A stretch of 64,000 nt of DNA from Nitrospiraceae bacterium. GTDB taxonomy: Bacteria > Nitrospirota > Nitrospiria > Nitrospirales > UBA2166. Under the pieces are notes generated by a model. The model was not told the origin of the DNA and did not search any database. It worked only from the letters and a program-made list of their open reading frames with translations. Positions 50,388-59,096 of the stretch are shown here, piece after piece. A program made the translations under genes and the position numbers. Where the stretch lies: NCBI GenBank assembly GCA_002726235.1, contig PBSN01000002.1:83010-147009 (forward strand). Direction: 5' to 3'. Numbering within the stretch: position 1 is the first letter of the stretch; every line of letters starts with the position of its first letter.

Positions 50388-50568
50388 TAGATATTCCTTC
50401 TCTCAACGCTCACGAAAGTACAGCATGAGCGTTTGAACTGCATAGCAAAGCAAACATCATTCCGTTATAGAAAAGTGAAGAGTGCTCTGGAAACCGCCGG
50501 TCGCCAGCGCCCAACAGGTAACATCTCATACCCTAAATGTTACCCGTCTCCCATGTTACGCGAAGCAC

Positions 50569-51648
50569 TCACCCACTGATAGAATAACTCGTAATCGATC
50601 GATATATCGGTAAGAAATCGGCGTGGTATGGGGAGGAAGAGCGCAACAGTGCTGGTAACAACGCTTTATACTCATCGTTCCCATGGCCCGGAAAAAATGA
50701 TCGCAGGTCACGCCATGCACTACGCAGTGCTGGGATATCACGAAGCATTCTGTAGACACGGGCGGAGAGGGAAGTTTCGCAGGGCGAATAACGTTCTTCA
50801 AGGTTCTGCGCAAAACCATGCCTTAGGTGAAACCAAAATGCTTGCTTGACTATCTCTCTCGCCTCTCCGATCCCAATTTTATCAACGCGCACAACTTCTT
50901 GAGCAAGGCAATCCCTAAATCTCTCCCATTGAATAGCCCACTGCGGCCCTGACACCCAGTCAAACATATCAGAATTGAGTTTAGTCGAGGTCATATTGGC
51001 ATGAGATTGGCGCACCATATACAGGCGGTCAAGTGTCTTAACCTTCCCCAGGATAATAGGCACACTGCTTGGCAATAACTCCCCAAATGAATTATCCAAG
51101 TTGAGATCGACAATGGATTGATAGCTTTCTCGCAATAATTCTGTCCGATGCACAGCGTAAATTGTCGGTCGATAGTTTTTCAGATGAGCAATCAGACGCT
51201 GAGAAGCAGTTGCATGTTCAACAGACCCTTGAGGATATAACCACGTGCTCGTGATCGGACCATGTGCATCATCAGAACGCACCTCAAAAAGAATCGCTTT
51301 CCCACTGGCGCCAACGTAATCGGAATGACATTCGAGAAATGCCACCGCATCATTCAGGCCATTTGGAACAAAAAAATCATCGTCTGCCGCAAAAACAGCA
51401 TAGGGCGTTGTTACTTGATTCAGGAGGTCGAGGATGCAATGGAAAGTGAAAAGGCCTGGGTATGGCTGAAGCTTAACACTAAGTTGTCCAGAAACTGAGC
51501 CAAGCACCTGTTTTGCCTTGGCAGCTTGGCTCGAACCGCTAGAGTCTCCGATAAGGAGAGTATGTTCAAGCCGAAAGTCAGCAAAATATGTGAGCAACCG
51601 TTCTAGATAAGCCCAACGATTGCAAGTTGGCATGACAAGAGTGAGCAT
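50569..51648 (-). CDS. TIGR00180-type GT2-like glycosyltransferase
   Basis: TLVMPTCNR, LIGDSS, ADDDFF, YAVHR, FGELL, YMVRQ. Start at ATG 51648. Confidence 0.8.
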   Translation of the reverse strand: MLTLVMPTCNRWAYLERLLTYFADFRLEHTLLIGDSSGSSQAAKAKQVLGSVSGQLSVKLQPYPGLFTFHCILDLLNQVTTPYAVFAADDDFFVPNGLNDAVAFLECHSDYVGASGKAILFEVRSDDAHGPITSTWLYPQGSVEHATASQRLIAHLKNYRPTIYAVHRTELLRESYQSIVDLNLDNSFGELLPSSVPIILGKVKTLDRLYMVRQSHANMTSTKLNSDMFDWVSGPQWAIQWERFRDCLAQEVVRVDKIGIGEAREIVKQAFWFHLRHGFAQNLEERYSPCETSLSARVYRMLRDIPALRSAWRDLRSFFPGHGNDEYKALLPALLRSSSPYHADFLPIYRSITSYSISG

Positions 51649-51658
51649 TAGAACGCAT

Positions 51659-51700
51659 ACAAAATAAAACTCCAGTCGCGGCAAATATCGACTAGAGTTT
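51659..51700 (-). terminator. Intrinsic-terminator-like hairpin inside the operon
   Basis: Minus strand AAACTCTAGTCG-10 nt-CGACTGGAGTTT (12-bp stem with one G.U pair) followed by TATTTTG. Confidence 0.4.
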
Positions 51701-51745
51701 CTAGAGAAACAGTATCGGTAGTTGGAAGAAGCGAGCGCAAGGAAT

Positions 51746-52474
51746 TCAATCCTGCGTGAGAGAAATTTCCATGCGCTTTGCAGTATTCCCAGGAATAAAC
51801 GTGACGCCTTTGGGAATGTAGCACATCGAAAACATCGGTCGAGACCGGTCTGATGGATTGTTGTATGATCCGTGGATGACATCACCGTGCAGAAACAAAG
51901 CAGACCCCCTCTTCATCAGCAAATCTACCCGAGTGTACCGTTTAATAATCTCATCTGGAATCGTATTGCCCGGATTTTTCCCTGCCTCATAACTCGGCGT
52001 CGGAGCGAACGGGAATGTTCCCTCCTTGTGTGAACCTGGGTAGATATACATACACCCATTCTCACGATCCTGATTAACAAGAGGAATATTGATCGTAAAA
52101 TACTCGCCGTTCTCACTTTGCGGATAGGCATTATCCTGATGCGGACTCCAACCGAAGGAGTGCGGACTACCCGCTTCTTTGAACATAATTTGGGTCATGA
52201 GGCCGACAATCTCTCGCCCCCCTTTCAAGGCCCTCATAATGGACACAACCTTTGGGGCTTTCATAAGGCTACGAATTTCTTCTACCTCACGATCAAGGTT
52301 TATGAGTCCCTTGAAATCCTTGTCCGCATGAGCTCGATGAATATCATTGATGGATTGACATTCTGTTTGCGAAAACAACTCCTCTATGAGGAGGTATCCA
52401 TTTTTATTCCAAAAGTCTATCTCATCTTGCTTTGTTGGATACAGATCCAAAGTTAAGCCAGGAAGTACTCTCAT
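51746..52474 (-). CDS. Phytanoyl-CoA dioxygenase (PhyH) family Fe/2OG hydroxylase
   Basis: GYL, HQDNAY (HxD), ENGC, PGSH, IHGS..N.SDRSR. AGGAGG precedes ATG 52474. Confidence 0.9.
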   Translation of the reverse strand: MRVLPGLTLDLYPTKQDEIDFWNKNGYLLIEELFSQTECQSINDIHRAHADKDFKGLINLDREVEEIRSLMKAPKVVSIMRALKGGREIVGLMTQIMFKEAGSPHSFGWSPHQDNAYPQSENGEYFTINIPLVNQDRENGCMYIYPGSHKEGTFPFAPTPSYEAGKNPGNTIPDEIIKRYTRVDLLMKRGSALFLHGDVIHGSYNNPSDRSRPMFSMCYIPKGVTFIPGNTAKRMEISLTQD

Positions 52475-52597
52475 GGCGCCTCCTTTCCTCAATATTACCG
52501 GTCCTCCTACCTCAGACCAACCCCCGTTTGACTTTACACTAGCTTTACGAGGAGAAAATATTATCCGTCAACAATCGAGGGAATATGAGATTGTTTA

Positions 52598-53686
52598 TCA
52601 CACTGGGGAGGATAGATTGACGCCAGCAGTCACCAATCGATAGAACGGCATAAAATCGTCATGATACTTGGAAGATGGCCGTTTTAAGGCTGGCAATGAT
52701 AATTTCTCCCACCGGATTTGTCGCCGAAGTTCCCCGTGTCGCAAGGATTGCAATAGACGCCAAATGCAGCGGGAACTAGGAATACTACGAGTGGCCTGTC
52801 GGAAACGGAGGAAACGACCCTGCGTGTTCTTTTCATGCTGAAACTTGCGATCTATTGCTTGCACTAGATAGACTTGGAAGGCCTGCTTCACTATTGAGTG
52901 AGCTTCGTCTAAGTCGACGTGGTCTTGCTTTGATAATTTTTCTGCCATAAGATCCCGGAATACTTGGTATGACGGAAGCCAATTCGAATCTGTTAGCCAG
53001 TCGAGAAGGTTAGGCAAAAGAAAACGCCGTTCATGGGCTTGTCTCAGCAAATACAAACAATCAAATTCCTTGAATTTTCCTTTGATAGTAGCTAAACAAC
53101 CCGGCACCAGTTCTCCCCCAAATGTCATATCTAAATGCGTGGATTTCCACATTAACTGCCATAATTCGAGACGAAAAACCGAGAACACAGGCACAGAATA
53201 ACTGGACAAATGATCCAAGAGCCGCTGAGCGCCAGTTTCTGCCTCCGCAACTGGTAATCTGTATGGGCCTAGCCATTTAACAGGACCATGCGCCCCGCTT
53301 TGTGAAAGGGTAAACAATACCCCCAAACCGTGGGCAGCACTATAATCCGGATGTCTGTCCAGAAACTGCGCACACTGATCCAGCGCTTTTGGTACCAAAA
53401 AATCATCATCTCCAATATATGCAACGTATGGTGTGGAAACGAAATCGAGTGACCGCCAAAACCACTCTACCCCTTTTAGCACCTCGTATTCTTTATGAAT
53501 GATGTTAAGCCGATCTTGAAATAAATGGATTGCTTTCTTTGTATGCTCGAGGTGCATCGCCTCGCTTGAGTCGCCAATTAAGATACACCCCTGAAAGTTC
53601 AAATCGTAGTAATAGCGTAACAAGCGAACTAAAAAGTTGGACCTATTCATCGTAGGAATGATTAAAGTCACCATTGAGCCAGCCAT
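52598..53686 (-). CDS. TIGR00180-type GT2-like glycosyltransferase
   Basis: TLIIPTMNR, LIGDSS, GDDDFL, FSVFR, GGEL, YLLRQ. Paralogue of 50569..51648. Confidence 0.8.
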   Translation of the reverse strand: MAGSMVTLIIPTMNRSNFLVRLLRYYYDLNFQGCILIGDSSEAMHLEHTKKAIHLFQDRLNIIHKEYEVLKGVEWFWRSLDFVSTPYVAYIGDDDFLVPKALDQCAQFLDRHPDYSAAHGLGVLFTLSQSGAHGPVKWLGPYRLPVAEAETGAQRLLDHLSSYSVPVFSVFRLELWQLMWKSTHLDMTFGGELVPGCLATIKGKFKEFDCLYLLRQAHERRFLLPNLLDWLTDSNWLPSYQVFRDLMAEKLSKQDHVDLDEAHSIVKQAFQVYLVQAIDRKFQHEKNTQGRFLRFRQATRSIPSSRCIWRLLQSLRHGELRRQIRWEKLSLPALKRPSSKYHDDFMPFYRLVTAGVNLSSPV

Positions 53687-53687
53687 T

Positions 53688-55562
53688 TTACCCTACAGTC
53701 GTATCCTGCAAGTCAACAGTCCGGCGCAACCTTGGGCTTAAACGCGCCTCAAGGTCTTCGGCTAGGCGAAACAATCCAAATACATCGAATCGTATCTGCC
53801 AGTAGGCAGACTGTTGAACAAGATCTTTGGCTTGCGCCAGCCTACGCTTCGCCTCATCAAAGTTTTTTAATTTTTGTTCGATAAGAGCAAAATACAAACT
53901 CCCTAAGGCATGTCCAGTATGCGTTCGATCACACATGCTGAAAAACATCTTGCGCAGCATGCCAAGCTTCATTTCACATTCCACATCATGGAGCCTTTCG
54001 TAATTTATCTTGTAGTCCATGATGAACCAAACGTCTTTGATTTCATCGTCCGTAGGAACGTGAGTGGAGTCCCCTTCCTCCATCAAGTTGTACCATCGTG
54101 CTGCACTGCTTGTCTCTGCTGCTTCACGCAATATCTGTTTGCCGGTCGAACCTAGAAACGGACGCTGGGACCCATCAACGAGTTGCTCCTCCACTATTTT
54201 GCCAATACTGAGTGTCCAATCGGTGAGTTCCGTTGCCGGGATCAAGGTGAGCGGCTGTATCACACTTCAGTCAAATTGCATCTCCCTCCCTAAATTGATG
54301 GTATCAGTAAGCTGACTGATCGTTTCTCCCGGAAACCCACACATGAAGAGCCCACGCGTGAAAATCGAAGGATAGTTTCGCAAAATTTCCCCGGCTTGAA
54401 TGTAGTGTTTTACCGTACTTGGTTTGTATACGGCACGTAAGATTTTATCGCTTCCAGACTCAACCCCCAAACTGAGTCCAATACAGCCCGATTCAGAAGC
54501 ACTGTGCACAATTTCATTGGTTAGTGCAGAAGCAATAATCCCATTTGACGCATCCCACGTAATTCCAAGGTTGCGTTTTGTTATCTCGTTAAACAGTTGA
54601 ACGGTTCTCTTCTCCTTATAAAACAAGTCATCATCCAACCACATAATGTGCGTAATTCCATATCGATCTCTCAAGTTCTCCAACTCATCGACAACAGCAT
54701 TGACATCTCTGTCATTCACACCTTTTCCATTGAAATGCCTCACTGAGCAAAAGGTGCATTTTGCTCTACATCCTCGATTTGAGAGCACAGTGGAAGCACG
54801 AGTAGCATCATCAAAAAGCCAGTAGTATGTGCCGATTCGGCCAAGGGAGCTATATTCTTCGATTTTCAAGTCACGATAGTCAGCAGCTGCATTCAGATCA
54901 TTGGATTCAACAGGTGCCCGCTCCGTAATGGCAATATATTGCTCATTCTCGATCGTGCAAAGTTGAGTTAAGCTTGATTCTGGCTGCTTTCCGTTTATAA
55001 AATCCAGCATATCAGGAAGGCTCGTATTGCCTTCATACAAACCAGCAAAATCAATTCCAGCACAGTCTTTAAGCACCAATTCCGGAACACCTGATGTGTG
55101 AACCCCGCCGGCAAAAACGGGAAGTTGAGCGTATAGTTCCTTCACATAACCAGCAACCTGTTTCATCGCACGGTGGGTAACTGAGAACATACATGTTAAA
55201 CCTACAAAGTCTGGATTAAGGTCATCAATTTTTTTCCGTAGCCATTTCCTCCAAATATTATATTTAAAGTTCTGAGGAAAACTTTTAAGAGCCGCTTGCT
55301 GTTCAAAGTTGAGGTCCATGATATTGGCTTCATAGCCCCTTCGCTGGAGGCATTCAGACAGAACACCTAAACCATACGGCGGATATATTGGATATCTATT
55401 TTGAACTGCAACGTTAATATCATAATCCTCTTCGGGAACTCCCATTGGATTAACCAATAGCACACGTTTACATCCATTGGGGAACATCCTCTGAAGTTTT
55501 CGCCCAATCGCCGCTTTGGCAATCGCTTCACCCTGACCGACGCTTTCAATCACGAGATTCAT
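53688..55562 (-). pseudogene. B12-binding radical SAM protein interrupted by an in-frame TGA at 54267-54269
   Basis: ORFs 54267..55562 (PPYGL, GGVH, RGCRAKCTFC, DDD, GFPGET) and 53688..54263 share a frame: ...EMQFD*SVIQPLTLIPATE.... Read-through gives a single 624-codon gene. Confidence 0.85.
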
Positions 55563-55629
55563 GCGCGCGATCCTTTACGATGTTTGCAAAAGAGTCATCA
55601 GATGATAATCGCCCAAGCTTAACCCGCCC

Positions 55630-57021
55630 TCAAGCCATGCTCCTGAGATGTTTATAGCGCGGAACAAAACGATCGAAGGTTTCGCAAACGAGGTTCGCAA
55701 ATTGCTTGCCCGATTCTGTAATGACAATCGTTGTGTTAGAAAGCTCTATAATATTCTCTTGGGCGAAATCACAAAGGATCGTTTTTTCCTCGCCAAAATA
55801 CTTCTCAAAGTTAATACCATATTGTTCTTCAATGCTACGGCAATCAAGATAAAAGTAGCTTCGTAGGCGAGTTATAATGTCACGTCGCATAATATCGTCT
55901 TGGTCTAATTTATACCCGCGGTAGATTGGAAAGTGTCCCTTCGTAATCGCTTTCTCATAATCCGGTTCATCAAAACAATTCTGGAAATAATAGTTTTCGC
56001 CAACCGTGCTATAGCTGCTTATTCCGAGACCGATCACACTCGCATATTTTCCAGATGTATAGCCAAGCGCATTCCAGTGCATTTTTTGCTCTACCAAGGC
56101 CTTCGCAACAGCGTCTGTCGGCTTAGCAAAATGGTCATATCCAATTCGCACATACCCACTTCGCTCAAGAACATCAAGCGCTTCATAAAACAGCATCTTT
56201 TTCTCATGCATACTTGGAAGTTCAGATCGATTCATCAGTTTCTGATGCTTGGCGAATTTCGACAAATGCAAATAATTGAGACAAATTCGATCCGGGGACA
56301 TGTCTACCACCTTATTGATTGTTTCCCGAATCGAGGTTGGAGTTTGTCGAGGCAATCCGCAGATGATGTCGAAATTAATGCCGTTCACAAAACACTTCTT
56401 AATCTCGGGCGCAAGCAAGTTTTCAATTAACTCTGGAGGCTGCACTCTATTAATAGCTTTCTGAACATCAAGATCAAAATCTTGCACGCCGAGCGATATC
56501 CGATTAACTCCCTTTTCATGGTAGAATTTCAGTCTCTCCTTATCGACTCTTCGTGGATCTATTTCGATTGAGAATTCGCTTAACCTGTCTATATCAACAA
56601 TGGTTCGTACACGCTCCATAAGCTGCTCAAACTCGTCTTCACAAATATACGTCGGCGACCCTCCACCAAAGTGGACTTCCTGAAAATTTGGCGTCAGCGA
56701 GTGTTGATCCAAAAAATCCCGAAATAGCTCGACCTCGCGATGCAGAACACTGAGATATTTTTTCACTTTTTCATAACTGTGGGTTACCGTCATGTGACAC
56801 GTACAAAACCAACACAATTCCTCACAATGTGGGATGTGAAGATAGAGCATTAGTGGAGAGCTTTTATCACATGAGAATAGATTCTTGAGAGCCGTTCTGA
56901 ACTCTTTATCGCCAAATTCCTTTGACCAATGACTGTGATGAGGATACGCCGTATACATAACGACATCACAGTCGTATTTGTCGATCAAACGAGCGTACGT
57001 TTCACTAACTATGGCAGCCAT
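55630..57021 (-). CDS. HemN-like (class C) radical SAM enzyme
   Basis: YTAYP, LYLHIPHCEELCWFCTC, GGGSP, EIDPR, RISLGVQDF, GLPRQT, GYDHFAKP. HemN RNFQGYT is replaced by WNALGYT. GGGAGA precedes ATG 57021. Confidence 0.88.
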   Translation of the reverse strand: MAAIVSETYARLIDKYDCDVVMYTAYPHHSHWSKEFGDKEFRTALKNLFSCDKSSPLMLYLHIPHCEELCWFCTCHMTVTHSYEKVKKYLSVLHREVELFRDFLDQHSLTPNFQEVHFGGGSPTYICEDEFEQLMERVRTIVDIDRLSEFSIEIDPRRVDKERLKFYHEKGVNRISLGVQDFDLDVQKAINRVQPPELIENLLAPEIKKCFVNGINFDIICGLPRQTPTSIRETINKVVDMSPDRICLNYLHLSKFAKHQKLMNRSELPSMHEKKMLFYEALDVLERSGYVRIGYDHFAKPTDAVAKALVEQKMHWNALGYTSGKYASVIGLGISSYSTVGENYYFQNCFDEPDYEKAITKGHFPIYRGYKLDQDDIMRRDIITRLRSYFYLDCRSIEEQYGINFEKYFGEEKTILCDFAQENIIELSNTTIVITESGKQFANLVCETFDRFVPRYKHLRSMA

Positions 57022-57225
57022 TCGGTTTTCTCCCGTCTTTTTAAAGTGAAGCATATTCCCGCTAAGCTGTATTGTCGCCTGAGAGAAGAATCACTCCCTG
57101 TGTCACCTCCATAGCCGCCTTGCACATGTATCGCCCGCCACAATATCACACCGAATACACCCTATCAGCATCCCAGGAGAACGAACCAAGACATACTATC
57201 ACCAGCAGCAATAGTTGTTGCGAAG

Positions 57226-58134
57226 CTACACATCTCGAAGCATCATCTCAACAGTATCGACGATGCGCATGGTGGTTGGCGTCCCGTTTTCCAAACGCTT
57301 CGCTACGCCTGGGGAACGATCCGCTTGCCCCACCGCCTTAACCGGACACCCAGTGGCATACATTAATTCATATGCCACAGATTGTGATGCCCCGGCAATC
57401 TCATAGGCAGAATCAACAACGATGCCGTGACCACTCGCCTTCAACGGCTCCATCACTCTCTGAGTTAGATCAAACGGCTTTAACCATAGGAGGTGTACAA
57501 GGTTGCATCTTACCCCCCTGTGACCAAGCACCTCGACGGCTTCGACCGCATTGAAACGCGCCGCCGACATGGCATAGATCGTAATGTGTGCATCATGGTG
57601 TACCTGATCCGGCATTTCTTGTCTGCTGGTGTAACTACGCCGGTGTTCACTCACAAGCAACGGGTCATCGTGCGTCATATACCAATTCCAAATCTGCACA
57701 TACTCGTTTGGCGTCATCGGCGCACACACTGGAAGACCCGGCATATGCATGAACAGACTGTGGAAGCAATTGGTGTGTATTGGTCCTGTACTGTCACCCT
57801 CACTACCAATCGCACGCACAAACACCGGCGCCGGATAACCAAAGACGCTTTTCGCTTTCGCGGCGTGGTTGACGATAGGACTTGCATTGAGCCACAGCAA
57901 ACTTTGAAACCGAATGATAAATATCGGTCTCCGCCCCATAATGGCAGCGCCAACTGCAATGCCAGCTCCAGACACGTCTGTCATCGGCAACTCCACAATA
58001 CCCTCTGCCTGTGCCGGCACAGTATTCTGGACCCATCCCACCGCAGTAAGACACTGACCAAGAAGAATGCCGTTGTGTTTCGCAATGTGCTCGCGGCTTA
58101 TATCGCGGATCGTCTCTGCAACCGTTCGTTCCAT
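57226..58134 (-). CDS. TPP-dependent dehydrogenase E1 beta-like subunit (divergent)
   Basis: ELPMTD, GAAIMGRRP, NHAAK, GPIH, SEHR, transketolase C-terminal fold. Confidence 0.82.
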   Translation of the reverse strand: MERTVAETIRDISREHIAKHNGILLGQCLTAVGWVQNTVPAQAEGIVELPMTDVSGAGIAVGAAIMGRRPIFIIRFQSLLWLNASPIVNHAAKAKSVFGYPAPVFVRAIGSEGDSTGPIHTNCFHSLFMHMPGLPVCAPMTPNEYVQIWNWYMTHDDPLLVSEHRRSYTSRQEMPDQVHHDAHITIYAMSAARFNAVEAVEVLGHRGVRCNLVHLLWLKPFDLTQRVMEPLKASGHGIVVDSAYEIAGASQSVAYELMYATGCPVKAVGQADRSPGVAKRLENGTPTTMRIVDTVEMMLRDV

Positions 58135-59045
58135 AAATCCTCGACAAACGTCTTGATTTCCAGTTCGATCGCACGCGCCTTATCACGAAGTCCAATTTCT
58201 GTGAGTTTGGCCTTGGTCAGATCAAAGCGGCTCCACTCTGCATTGTTGTCGCTTCCTGTCCCGTTATGCCAAAACTCGCGACACGTTCGAATGTTAATGA
58301 TTGCAGGAAGCTGATCGGCTAACGTGGTTGTCCAATACTCGATCAACCACGGATCGTCGGTGATGTCCACGGCGTTTAACCCGAAGCCTTGCGCGACATC
58401 TACCACACTCCAGTTTCGCCGCTCAACCGTCGGAGTAAGGACTGAAAGATCGTTATCTTCACAAACGAAAAGAAGTGGAAGTTTCTTGGTAGCCACAAAC
58501 CCAAGCGTGGCAAGGACGTAATCCTCTTCGGCGGCCCCGTCACCGAAAAAACATATCACCCGCTCACCTGGCGCCGCGAGGGCAATACCCGCAGCTACCG
58601 GCACTTGATCGCCAATCAGCCCGTTATGAGCGACGATTTTGCGTTCAAAGTCGTGTGACGGCGGTGAACCACCCATACCACCACAACAACCCGTGGACAT
58701 GCCTAAAAGTTCGTCCGCAAGTCGTTCAGGTCGCCCACCGAATGAGAGGTAGACGGAATGGCCTCGATGCTGTCCGAGGACGTAGCATCCTTCCATCACA
58801 ACCGCGACTGCTGCAGCAACCGCCTCCTGCCCAACAGAAAGGTAAATCAGACATTCAATATCGTTATCAAGCTGGGCTTGCCGAACACGCAAATCGAAAT
58901 ATCTTGTCAGGCACATTTTGCGAAACATCGCCAACGATCGTTCAGGTGAGCACGCCTCTGCAAGGCCTTCCATCATCCCCCAATCAGGCGAACGTACCAT
59001 CCTTGGCTGTTGAGGCCCCTGCGCAATACCGCGTTCAATACTCAT
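58098..59045 (-). CDS. TPP-dependent dehydrogenase E1 alpha-like subunit
   Basis: YLSVGQEA, HRGH, GMGGS, GDGAAEE...LPLLFVCEDN (TPP motif). Start at ATG 59045. Confidence 0.9.
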   Translation of the reverse strand: MSIERGIAQGPQQPRMVRSPDWGMMEGLAEACSPERSLAMFRKMCLTRYFDLRVRQAQLDNDIECLIYLSVGQEAVAAAVAVVMEGCYVLGQHRGHSVYLSFGGRPERLADELLGMSTGCCGGMGGSPPSHDFERKIVAHNGLIGDQVPVAAGIALAAPGERVICFFGDGAAEEDYVLATLGFVATKKLPLLFVCEDNDLSVLTPTVERRNWSVVDVAQGFGLNAVDITDDPWLIEYWTTTLADQLPAIINIRTCREFWHNGTGSDNNAEWSRFDLTKAKLTEIGLRDKARAIELEIKTFVEDLWNERLQRRSAI

Positions 59046-59096
59046 ATGCTTGATCCAAGCTTTAAAATCATACGGAAAAATGTCATGGGCCCACAA

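Noticed and set aside
50440..50525. Possible methyltransferase motif-I remnant (LLGAGDRRF) in the spacer
   Set aside because: Too short to distinguish from chance without a search
50569..51885. Long N-terminal extensions given by the ORF track (also at 59097..60371, 47348..48463, 10593..12542, 37197..38258)
   Set aside because: The extensions overlap upstream genes. Family N-termini, RBS positions and stop/start coupling support the downstream starts used here.
54267..54269. TGA as evidence for an alternative genetic code or selenocysteine
   Set aside because: Many genes here end in TGA with ATGA/GTGA coupling, the other broken gene has TAA, the position does not look like a Cys site, and I saw no convincing SECIS-like hairpin
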